The notes beneath the pieces were generated by a model that saw only the letters and a list, made by a program, of their open reading frames with translations, was not told the origin of the DNA and made no database searches. The position numbers were made by a program, and so were the translations under genes. From Isurus oxyrinchus (Eukaryota), in the NCBI GenBank assembly GCA_026770705.1, contig JANJGN010000034.1, forward strand, positions 17,484,001 to 17,548,000: a DNA stretch of 64,000 nt, in the 5' to 3' direction. Each line of letters begins with the position of its first letter. The first letter of the stretch is position 1. Positions 37,901-48,700 of the stretch are shown here, in pieces.

Positions 37901-38687
37901 CATCTGTGGTTTCCATCACTGGGACAGCCATCTTGGATTTCCTTGTCTCCTTCAACATCCCCATCTCCCTGCCCACCTCTCGCCCACCCACCGGTGGGGA
38001 GGGGAACTTATTACAGACACTCTAACCCTGTCCGCTGACTCTCCATCACGATATTTCTGTGTTTGTTGACCTGTTTGGTCACTGCTGGATTGGGCTTGAG
38101 CACATCAAGGAATATCCTGTCCATCTGTGGCTCCTCTCAATCCTTCAGGATCAGTCTGGAGAGTCCGGAAACTCCCAACCTCCTCGTGTCTGATCTGATC
38201 CCCATTATCTTCAGCTCAGTGTTAACTGAGATCCTCATCAATTCTTCTTTATCTCCAATATTGAGGCGAGCTGGCATTTTTCTATTTGTCTGGTTCCTCA
38301 GTCAGCACAGCTCCTGTGGAGTGTCCAGCTCTTGCCCATTGCCTCCCCTATGAGCCTCCTCTCCTCTACGCTCTGTGCTCCATCACCGTGCAGCTCCTGT
38401 GACCCATTTTCCAGCTGCTATTGGTACCCAGGATGTTGAGCATAATTTTATTGGTCTGTGCTCCTGAACACACTTGTCCAAAGTGTTGGATTCTTTTAAT
38501 GTCACCTGAACTCTGCTGGTTTTTCTCTCCCAGGAATCGACACTCGAACAATCGAAATGAAGCATCTAATGATGTCCCTTTGACAGGGGTGAGCTGTCCA
38601 GGTGAAGCACGGGGCCTTGTGACAACAGCACCTGAGCATCAGGATGGAGAAGAAAACCTTGTGGGGAACGGGACTGTCCAGCACTGA
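31936..38687 (+). CDS. Intact 6-exon gene (copy B) for a 238-aa single-IgV type I membrane protein (B7/butyrophilin/MOG-like V domain). Exons 31936-31956, 33508-33565, 34539-34883, 36226-36264, 36996-37095, 38534-38687
   Basis: All introns are GT-AG and phases join (0,1,1,1,2) into one 717-nt ORF: MDGKELQ|GHNLQKLLLLLLNVVAAVS (signal peptide)|IgV with VVLPC..W..QDPRFRNRTNLFKDQLGQGNWSVLISDLRESDQNQYIC|ERPQTPVPTTPVP stalk|TM VGLGIGILVFLAAVIGFVI + RKWQR|cytoplasmic tail ending GTVQH*. Exon 1 is the least certain exon. Confidence 0.85.
32110..33290 (-). mobile_element. 5'-truncated Penelope element (GIY-YIG domain + 3' pLTR) in intron 1 of copy B
   Basis: ORF 32578-33381 contains NLVYCIRCSQCGLLYIGETRRKLGDCFAEH...HFN...LIFRLGTLQPSGLN. 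Confidence 0.9.
33321..33426. promoter_or_regulatory. NRF1-type GCGCATGCGC motif cluster in intron 1 (paralog at about 12660-12766)
   Basis: Two perfect GCGCATGCGC palindromes (33367-33376, 33417-33426) plus TGCGCATGCT in a CpG-rich patch. Confidence 0.45.
34539..34883 (+). CDS. IgV-domain exon of copy B
   Basis: 345-nt phase 1-1 exon (ctttccag|...acag|gtgag). Has the B-strand Cys, C-strand Trp, D-x-x-x-Y-x-C motif and N-glycan sequons NRT and NWS. Confidence 0.92.
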
Positions 38688-39333
38688 CTGAGTTTCCCCA
38701 GCACTGAGCCTGTGTCAGGGAGGGGAAAATCAGCCCAGAATGGATGATTGTTACATATGAACGTATAACCCTCTGCGCTGTGGAGGTTCCCCCCCCTCAT
38801 CGCCACCACTGCCCTGCAGGGTCCAGCCCTCTCCCCACCCCCAACGACATGCAGAGGATCTCTCCCGACACGCCAGGGCAGCCCACCGAGGCAGCTGTCC
38901 CCCACCCCCACAATGAGGCACTGAGGTCTAAGTACTGAGGATGTATTAGAGTTTGGGGGCAGCCGCCACAAAGGCACAATGGGGAAAGGTCGCTGTCTAA
39001 GACCTTTCAGCTACAGTGCACCGAGGGGCTGGGAACTGTATAGACCCCTCGGGCTGTACGACTCAGATGGAAAGTATACAGTGAACACTAAATATATCAT
39101 AATTGTATTGAAGCACCTCAGAGTGTTAACATGATGTATGGCGATAACGTGAATAGCTTTGCACTGTCTGACTCTCTGTAATGACCATATTGAAATGTCT
39201 GTAATATTGATTCTATTGAAACACCTCATGACCTGTGTGGAAAACTGGAATATGATTGCATTTTGTGTGATGGCCATTTTGAAATGGCTTTTATAATGTT
39301 CTTTCAAATATTTTATGAAGTTAAATTGTTCCA

Positions 39334-39339
39334 AATAAA
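39334..39339 (+). terminator. Candidate polyadenylation signal of copy B
   Basis: AATAAA about 650 nt after the stop codon, at the end of an AT-rich 3'UTR-like stretch, followed by T-rich sequence. Confidence 0.55.
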
Positions 39340-39957
39340 AATTTTGTATTTCATATCTTCAAAATGAAGTCAAAATAGGTCTGTTGGTCTGGATTTTTAA
39401 TTTCATACGTTTCCCAGTTGGAGGGGATTCTGATCCTCCAGACAACCCTGTAATAGAAAAATTTCTCATTTCTGTCTTAAATGGGTAACCTCTTATTTTT
39501 AAACCATGAACCCCAAGTTCTAGATTCTCCCACAAGAGGAAACATTCTCTCCACTTTCGCCTTGTCAAGACTCCTCAGGATCTAATTTGTTTCAATCAAG
39601 TCACCTCTTACTCTTCGAGTCTGTCCAACCCACCCATTCCAGGTATTGGTCTGGTAAACCTTCTCTGAACTGCTTCCAACGCATTTACATCCTTCCTTAA
39701 ATAAGAAGACCGTTCAGTGCTTCCTTGTGGAGATCATAGCTCAAGATTGAAATCAGAATCACTTCCCACTGAGAGTTTCCTAGTGCAGCTGCAGTTGGTG
39801 GCTTTGGTTTGGTGGGTGCGGGGGGTGGGATTATGAGGGTCGGGACTCTCACTGGATGAACATCCTGTGTCACCAGCTGCTCTCATTTGGCGGCTCGGGT
39901 CAATTCTTCCACAGGGTGTGCACCCCTGGAATCGAGTAATTGGTGCCTTCTCTCCAC

Positions 39958-40610
39958 CCAGAAACTGAACTGGGCTAGCCATATAAACACTCTGGCTCCA
40001 AGAGCAGGCCAGAGGCTGGGAATCCTGCAGCAAGTAACTCACCTCCTGACTCCCCAAAGTCTGTCCACCATCTACAAGGCACAGGTCAGGAGTCTCTGAT
40101 GGAATAATCTCCACTTGCCCTGGATGAGTGTCACTCCCACCACACTCAAGAAGCTCGACACCGTCCAGGACAAAGCAGCTCACTTGATTGGCACCCCTTC
40201 CACAAATATTCACTCACTCCACCACTGACGCACACTTCCAGCAGTATGTACCTTCTACAAGATGCAGTGGAGAAACCCACCAAGGCTCCTTAGGCAGCAC
40301 CTTCCAAACCCACCACCACTACCATCTAGAAGGACAAGGGCAGCAGGTAGATGGGAAGACCACCACCTGGAAGTTCCCCTCCAAGCCACTCACCATTCTG
40401 ACTTGGAAATCTATCGGCCGTTCCTTCACTGTCAAATCTGGGGTCAAAATCCTGGAGCTCCCTCCCTAACAGCACTGTGGGTGTACCGACACCACATGGA
40501 CTGCAGCAGTTCAAGGAGGCAGCTCATCACCACCTTCTAAAGGGGCAATTAGGGATGGGCAATAAATGCTGGGCCAGCCAATGACACCCACATGAATGAA
40601 TTTAAAAAAT
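39958..40610 (+). mobile_element. CR1/L2-group LINE 3' end
   Basis: QKLNW.SHIN...RAGQRLGIL...LSTIYKAQVRS, then a 3' tail ending gggcaataaatgctgg...atgaatgaat. Confidence 0.7.
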
Positions 40611-42199
40611 CCCACTCCCCTCCCCCACCCTAACGAGTGACCAGTATTGTTCCATGAAAGTCCCAAAGTGCCTCAGCCGATGAACACATGGAGGTGTCCA
40701 AAAGGAGGAAATCAGTATTCCAATCTTTACAGAAACTCACAGCACCCTGTGAATGTTGTTTGAACATAGTGGTTTAATTTATTTTACACACACAACAAAA
40801 CAAAGAAGGTTAATGAGACATTCAGAATAAGCCATTTAACTCACACAACTGACGGTCAATAAATACTGAGTTTTATGAAAGTTTCTCCCATTCACCAGTT
40901 GGGCAGCAGTAACACTGTGCTGGTCCGCTGTGATATTTCTCTAATACCTGTAAAGACTTGGGAGCCATGAACTGGGTGAGAGCCTGGGTAAGGGGCTTCC
41001 ACTCGCCCCACTGGGGAGCTTGTGTCCCTGGGTTACTGGGGTGGAAACACCAGTCAGTGTTTGAGGGTGGGAATGGGCAATGGCAGCAGGAGAGCAGACC
41101 AGGGGATCACTGTGTTAACACACTGTGGCCTTTGGTATGAATGAACACAGCAAGCTGATTCAGGAGGCCATTCAGAGATGGGGCCCTTCCCCAGCCTGGG
41201 AGAAAGATACAGGAACATGGGAATATATTCCCACATCAAGGAAGAACAGCAGCTAAAAAATCCCAGAGATCCAGACTTGTTCCTCAACACCTCATCCTCA
41301 GGAAACAATTCCCCAAATCCCTTTTAAACAATTTTTGGATTTATATAATTCAAATTGCCCAATATACATTGCATAGTAAACATACTCTTTTCGTGCTAGA
41401 GTTTGTCCTAATGTGTTCAGCAACCCATGAGCTAGGCACCTTCTGGAACCTCACTCAGTGGATGTAGATGAGCTATTTTGCTATGACAGGCATCACAGTT
41501 AAGTTTCTTACCCAAGAGAGGCTCTGAGATTTCAACAGGAGTGAATGGAGAGTGATTAGGAGCAGGAAATAAAAGAAATGTACAAAAACATTAAATATTC
41601 CACTAGCCAGATAGATGATAATTTAACAAATACATTTGAACAGAGATTCTGGGGTATTTCAGTTTAATCTCACACACAATCCCCCTGTAAACATGATAAA
41701 TAACAATTACCTGTCAGGTAATGTGGACACATCTCATATTTTCCAAGATACTTGAGTTTTTAGGTTTATAATACAGAGAAGGCTTCAATTATATATAAAG
41801 TATGCACAGATCCATAGGAGCAGCAGTGGAAACCCACAAACAAACATGTGAGCCTTACACACACACACACGTGAGTAGTCAATGTTATATACAGCAATAT
41901 TTCTCTCTAACTCATTCACACTCACACACCTCGCTCACACATTCACACATACACACTGCACTCACACACACACACCGCGCTCACACACACAGACACCTTG
42001 CTCACACAAACACAGCTCAGCTGCTTGCAGGCATGCCCATGGGTGTTAGAACGGAGCAGTTAAGCACAGGGTTGGCACAGCTCAATTTGCTGGCCAGAAC
42101 CTTCATCATTTGTGCCTTTTGCTAATCTTTGAGTGGTGGGCCTACCCCTGAGGGAAGCGGGGGATGGTCCAGAGGCCGGAATTGGAGGAGTGCAGAGAT

Positions 42200-42880
42200 C
42201 TCGGAGGGTTATAGGGACTGGAGGAGGTTACAGAGATAGGGAGAGTTGCAGGGCTGGAGGAGGTATCTTCCAGCCCCTACAATCCCCTTACGTCTGTAAC
42301 CTCGTCCGGCCCCCACAACCTTCCCTATCTCTGTATCCTCCTCCAGCCCCTACAACCCTCCCTTTCTCAGTAACCTCCTTCAGCCCCTACAACCCTCCCT
42401 ATCACTGTAACCTCCTCCAGCCCCTACATCCCTCCCTAACCCTGTAACCTCCTCCAGCCCCTACAACCCTCCCTATCTCTGTAACCTCCTTCAGCCCCTA
42501 CAACTCTCCCTATCTCTGTTACCTCCTCCAGCCCCTACAACACTCCCTATCTCTATAACCTCCTCCAGCCCCTACAACCCTCCCTATCTCTGTAACCTCC
42601 TCCAGCCCTTCCAACCCTCCCTATCTCTGTAACCTACTCCAGCCCTTACAACCCTCCCTATCTCTGTAACCTCCTCCAGCCCCTACAACGCTCCCTATCT
42701 CTGTAACCTCCTCCAGCCCCTACAACCCTCGCTATCTCTGCAACCTCCTACAGCCCCTACAACCTTCCCTAACCCTGTAACTTCCTCCTGTCCCTACAAC
42801 CCTCCCTATCTCTGTAACCTCCTCCAGCCCCTACAACCCTCCCTATCTCTCTAAACTCCTCCGGCCCCTACAACCCTCCA
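42200..42880. repeat. 37-bp minisatellite, C-rich arm ~16 copies
   Basis: Direct tandem repeat. Confidence 0.92.
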
Positions 42881-43334
42881 AAATCTCTGCGCTCCTTTCA
42901 GCCCCTTGAGCATCCCCCGTTTCCATCGCTCCACCATTGGTGGCCGTGCCTTCAGCTGCCTGGAGCCCTAAGCTCTGGAATTCCCTCCCTAATCCTCTAT
43001 CTCCCTTCCTTTAAGGTACCCCTTGAAAACTTCATTGTCTAAGCTTTTGGTCCTTAGTATTTTCTTAGGTGGCGCTGGATCAACTTTTGACTCATTTACA
43101 ATACCCTGATGTGCATAGGGGCATTTTTTGCGATATTAATGGCGCTATATAAATGCAAGTTATTTTTTTTTTGTTGTTGTTCCTGTATTAAAGGGGTTCA
43201 GCCATTAGATGGCGCTGCTCATCCAAATTGAAAACTGAGCAGCGGCGCCACCGGGTGGGCAAAGGCCAGTATTGCAGAGACAACTTCAGCAACTTTCAAA
43301 ACAAAGCCTTGCATTTCTCTGGCGCCTTCACCTT

Positions 43335-43695
43335 CCCAGGATGTCTAAAGCTTTTCACAGCCAATTAATTGATTTTCCAAAATTATGTTCGCAGTTGTAT
43401 TGTAAGAAACGTGGCGGGCAATTTGTGTACAGCAAGCTCCCACAAACATCAATGTGATAATGACCCAGATCATCTGTTTTTAGTGATGTTGGTTGAGGGC
43501 CCCTGGACACTGGAGAGACCTTCCCCCTGCTCTACTTCCGAATAGTGGCCGTGGGATCTTTTACACCCACCAAGGAGGCAGATGGGGAGCTTGGTTTAAA
43601 ATTTCATCTGAAGGCCAGCATCTCCTTTGGCACCGACCCTCCGACAGCGTGGTGCCCCCTCAGTGTCGACCCTCTGACAGCGCAGCACCTCTGCA
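43335..43695 (-). mobile_element. SacSINE1/DeuSINE-like SINE, uninterrupted (pre-Vingi) copy; split copies flank each Vingi fragment
   Basis: Minus strand carries Deu-domain-like sequence (ccctcaaccaacatcac, ttgtgggagcttgctgt). The empty site ctctacttccgaatagtgg is at about 43530-43548. Confidence 0.75.
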
Positions 43696-43699
43696 GTGT

Positions 43700-44360
43700 A
43701 GATGGGGGGGGGGGGCAGTTTGGTGAGGGACCGGGAGGTAGGGGGCCAGTTGGAAAGGGACCAGGGACAGGGGTGGGGAGAGGAGGCGAGGACAGATGGG
43801 ATGGGGGGGGGAGGAAGAGCGGGAGCGGGGGGTAGAAGTGAGGGAGTGGTGGGGGGGAGAAGAGAGGGAGTGGTGGGGGGGGGAGAAGAGAGGGAGTGGT
43901 GGGGGGGAGAAGAGAGGGAGTGGTGGGGGGGAGAAGAGAGGGAGGGGGGAATGAGAGGGAGTGTGGGAGGGAAAGAGAGGGAGTGGGGAGGAAAATTGAG
44001 GTAGTGTGGGAGGGAAAGAGAGGGAGTTGGGGGGCAGAAAGAGAGGGGGGAGAAAGAGAGGGGGTGGGAGAAAGAAAGGGAGTGGGGGGGAAGCGAGGGA
44101 GTGGGGGGAAGAAAGGGAGTGGGGGGGGAAGAAAGGGAGTGGGGGGGAAGAAAGGGAGTGGGGGGAGGACGAGAGGGAGTGGGGGGCAAGAGAGAGATGG
44201 ACCAGAAGAGAGGGAGTGGGGGGGAAAGAGAGTGTGTGGTGGGGGGGAGAGAGGAATTGGGGGGAAGTGATGGAGTGGGGGGCAGAGGGGTGCAGGGGGA
44301 AGGAGAGGGATTTGGGTGAGAAGATACAGAGTGGGGGGGGAAGAGGAGAGGGAGCGGGGT
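43700..44360. repeat. Polypurine G/A low-complexity tract (gggagtggggggg-type repeats)
   Basis: Almost purely G/A on + with many G-runs. Confidence 0.9.
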
Positions 44361-44849
44361 GGGGTCCCCAACACCCTCACACAGCACCTTTCTATGCAAC
44401 TGCAGAAGGTACAACACCTGCCCCTTTACTTCCCCCCTCCTCACCGTCCAAGGGCCCAAACACTCCTGCTACTTCCCTCAATTTGGTCCAGTGCATTCAC
44501 TCAGTTTAATATCCTCAGTAAAAGACAGGACCTCTGACAATGCAGCTCTCCCTCAGCAATGCAGTAGGACCCTCACCATTTATTACAGCCTCAGGTGACT
44601 GGAGTGGGGTTTGAACCCACAACCTACTCACTCTGAGGTGAGAGTGTTACCCACTGAGTCATGGTTGACATGTGGATACCTGTCGCCCTCTGTTTTCCCC
44701 ACATAAACATCCATTCTTCAGCTGTGAGTTTTGACAGTGAGGGTTCAATCCTCAATGTGGACCCTCATTCGGGGTAAGTGAGGGTTGGAACGTTTGACCT
44801 GTTGCGTTGTCGCCCTTTGTGTGTGACCACGTTACCTGTGGGAGGGGCC

Positions 44850-45790
44850 TTTGGGCTGTGGGTGGGGCCTCCGGGCAGTGGGTGGGGCCGCCGCTCCTTG
44901 GGCGCGGCCGGTGCGCAGTGGGCGGGGCCGCCGCTCGAGTGGATCGAGTCTGTCAAATGAGTCATGAGACTGATCCGCGAATGTGGGCGTGGTTGGACTG
45001 TCCCATTGTGGCAGTGAGGTGGGGGGGGGGGAATAATGAACTAGCATCTGTCAGGAAAGTTCTGTAGAAAATTCATACGGACTCGAACCGTCAATGGTTT
45101 CTCTCTTCACAGACTGTACTAGAACTGCTGAATATTTCCAGGAATTTCTGAGAGAGATCTAACCCCCGCTAGTGGGAGGAGAGATCGGGAATGATCAATC
45201 CCCCCCCTGTCTGAATGGAGCCGGACACAGGCCCCGCCTCTTTCCTATTTCGGGTCGGTGAGAGTGTTTCTCCTGTTGACCCCCTGTCCCCGGCTCTGAG
45301 CGGATCCCTCTCTCGGGGAATGGACGGAAAGGAGCTGCAGGTCTTGTCAGTGTCTCACACCCGAGGGGTAACTTTCTTTTATCTTCACCGGGATTTAACT
45401 CTTTATCCGGGGGGGTAATGGATGGAAAATGAGCTGCGGGTCCCTCAGTGAAGACCGGGAGCGGGAGTCGGGAGCGGGGTCCGTGCGGGTCCTCCTGCTG
45501 ATACCGGATTAAACTGTCAGGATTGGAGCGGGAACAGAATCAACAAAAAAACGACATCGAGACAAACGAAATGGCCGCAGGAGAGGTGCTGGGCGGGGTG
45601 AAGACTGATTGACAGGCCGGCGCGGTAACTGATTGGATCTGGTTTGTGCTGGGCGGGGCAAGGACTGATTGACAGGAAGACCCGGCAGCTGATTGGATCT
45701 GGTTTGTAATAGGGCGGGGTGAAGGCTGATTGACAGGGCGACCCGGCCGCTTATTGGCTTTCACTCACCTGTGGGTGGGGAGTTCACGTC
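44850..45790. promoter_or_regulatory. CpG-rich promoter-like region with GC boxes, TGAGTCA, a diverged exon-1 paralog and three ~60-bp GGGCGGGG/ATTGG modules (45589-45760)
   Basis: High CpG density and repeated GC and inverted CCAAT boxes. Confidence 0.5.
45320..45340 (+). other. Diverged first-exon paralog (MDGKELQ|gtcttg); candidate exon 1 for copy C
   Basis: ATG GAC GGA AAG GAG CTG CAG|GT has a synonymous change relative to the other copies although its flanks are diverged. A degenerate duplicate (ATG GAT GGA AAA TGA) starts at 45418. Confidence 0.55.
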
Positions 45791-48700
45791 ATCGGACTGT
45801 GTGTGTGTGTGTGTGTGTGTGTTAAACTGGAAAATTCTGGAAAGTGAGCAGATCAGGAGAGAAACAGTTAATGATTCCAGTTTAATGTTGGTGCTTTTCT
45901 GCTTTCAGTTTCAACTTGCAGCATCTGCAGTATTTTTGCTTTTATTATAACAAGTTTTCTCTCTCTTCTGTTCCCAGTCCCACGTTCTTCAATAAAACCT
46001 CCCAAACCCACAACCTCCAGCCTCCCCGAGAAGGACAAGGGCAGCAGGAGCATGGGAACAGCATCACCACCGAGCTCCCCTCCCAGTCACACACACACCG
46101 CCTCGACTTGGAGATATACCGGCCGTTCCTTCGTCGTCACTGGGTCTAAATCCTGGAACTGTCTCCCTAACGGCTTCGTGGGAGCCCCTTCACCACACGG
46201 GGCTGAAACGGGTGAAGATGGCGGCTCATCACCACCTTCTCAAGGGGCGTCTCGGGATGGACAATAAATGTCGGCTTTGGCAAAGAAACTCCCATTTCAA
46301 GAATTAATATATCATTGTAAAGATTCCTTTTACATCCAGTAGATTGTGCTGCATAAGGAAGACTCTTTTTATATGGACAGGTCCTTATCCTGACTAACAA
46401 TTTGCTACCAGGAGGGTCCTGGCAGATACAATGGGTGGTGGGTTGATTTCCACTTCAATCAGACCCCAGTTCCCAGCTGGATGTCAACCCAGTATCAGAG
46501 ACTGGAATTCTCACCTATGCTCACCGGGGTAGATGGAACAAGGGATTGGAAGAGGCAAGGGATTGTAATAAAGCGGGAAAAAAGTGTGTGGTGAAAAAGC
46601 CACAGTGATGAGGATGTTCAGTGTGTCTCGGACATGAACCAAGACCAACAGCAAATAAATGGATTCATGAATGTGTCCTTGCTACAGAAGTAAACTCAAT
46701 CACAACAATGAGGAAGGCCCAGGTTATCCTGAAGTGAGGATGCCATTAAACGTCTTGTCTTGAGGCCACACAGATAGTGAAACATGTTCCGAATCATAGC
46801 GACACGAGGATTGACCCCCAACCAGCGGTTCAACAAATCTCAGACAGGTAAGTTCCAGTTTCTATTTACTCCCATCACTTCAAGATGATTCCAACATTAA
46901 AGACAGACCTGTGTTTATATTGCATCTTTCCCGGTAGCCTAGATCTCTGCTTGGGATGTTGTTTGATGGCCAAATATTGGCAAATAAACCAGGAGGAAGT
47001 CACATATTCCAATTCCAGTATTGGCTGTAGGATCACTTTCATCCATGGGAGAGGGCAAAAGGGGCCCTCAGTTGAATGTCTCGACTGAAAGACAGAACTT
47101 CTAATTGTGCAGCATCCCTCTGCCACAGTGGGAATGTCAGCATTTTTTTTTTGAGCTCAGGTCTGTGGTGTGGGTTTTGAACCTCACTGTCAGGGGCGGG
47201 GTTCAGGAATAGGGACGTGCTGTCTTTTGGACAGGACACTGAACCAAAGCTCTGTCTCCCATCTCAGATGGATGAAAAACTCCCACAGACACTGTTTGGA
47301 AGAGGAACATGGAGTTTCTCCCTTGAATTCTGATCCAACATTTATTAGGTAACCAGCATCCTGGAAAACAGAGCTGGGTTTGTTTCTGATGCTGCCAGTT
47401 TTGGGAGGTCGCTTTGCCTACGTTTGTTGTGATATTTCCTTCTTTACAGCAGTGACTAGACTTGGGTGTAAATTGCCTCGATGTGTTGAAGGCAGTATAT
47501 AAAAGTGTGTTTTTTTCACAGTTGCTCAAAGGGTCCCCTGCAATACTGACCTTATTCATAGCCATAGAGGTCTACGGCATAAAAAAAGACCCTTCGGCCC
47601 ATCTAGTCTGCTCCGGTCAAAGAAGTATCTAACTATTCTAATCCCATTTTCCAGTGCTAGGCCCATAGCCTTGTATGCCGTGGCATCACAAATGCACATC
47701 CAAATACTTCTTAAATGTTCTGAGGGTTTCTACCTCTGCCACCCTTTCAGGCAGTGAGTTCCACATTCCCACCATCCTCTGGGTGAAAAAATTCTTCCTC
47801 GTATCCCCTCTAAACCTCCTGCCCCTTACCTTAAATCTATGCCCCCTGGTTATTGGTCCCTTCACCAAGGGGAAAAGTTCCTTCCTGTCCACCCTATCTA
47901 TGCCCCTTATAATTTTATACACCTCAATCATTTCCCCCCTCGATCTCCTCTGCTGCAGGGAAAATAATCCCAGTCTATCCAATCTCTGCTCATAACTGAA
48001 ACTCTGCAGCCCAGGCAACATTTTGGTAAATCTCCTCTGCACTCTCTCTAGTGCAATCACATCCTTCCTATAATGCAGATTCCAGCACTGCACGCAATAC
48101 TCGATTTGTGGCCTAACCAGTGTTTTATACGGTTCCATCCTGCACCTCCCTGCTCTTATATTCTGTGCCTCGGATAATGAAGGCAAGTATCCCTTATGCC
48201 TTCTTAACCTCCTTAACTACTTGTCCCGCTATCTTAAGGGACCGGTGGACATGCACACCAAGGTCCCTCTGATCATTGGTACTTCCCAGGGTCCTACCAT
48301 TCATCATGTATTCCCGTGCCTTGTTTGTCCTGCCCAAGTTCATCACCTCACACTTATCCGGATTAAATTGCATTTGCCACTGATCAGCCCACCTATATCC
48401 CTCCTGTAATCTAAGGCTATCCTCCTCATTATTTCCCACCCCACCAATTTTCATGTCATCTGTGAACTTACTGATCAACCCCCTACATTCAAGTCTAAAT
48501 CAGTTATATATACCACAAACAGCAAGGACCCAATACCGATCCCTGTGGAAACCCACTGGACACAGGCATCCAGTCACAAAAACACCTCAAGCATCACCCT
48601 CTTCTTCCTGCCATTCAGCCAATTCTGGAACCAATTTGCCAAATTGCCTTGGATCCAAAGGGCTCTTACCTTCATTATCAGTCTGTAATGTGAGACCTTA

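Larger units (their letters stand above)
19614..43275 (+). repeat. Segmental duplication block 2: short unit 19614-25740 plus full-length unit 25741-43275 containing gene copy B
   Basis: Unit landmark agagacaac at 1, 5316, 10693, 19614, 25741 and 43276. Confidence 0.88.

Noticed and set aside
1-43275. Duplications as pure assembly artefact
   Set aside because: Copies differ by many SNPs, diagnostic indels and a TSD-flanked insertion; uncollapsed haplotypes cannot be fully excluded without reads.
43596-44509. Pro-rich and Gly/Glu-rich ORFs
   Set aside because: Translation of a low-complexity polypurine tract.
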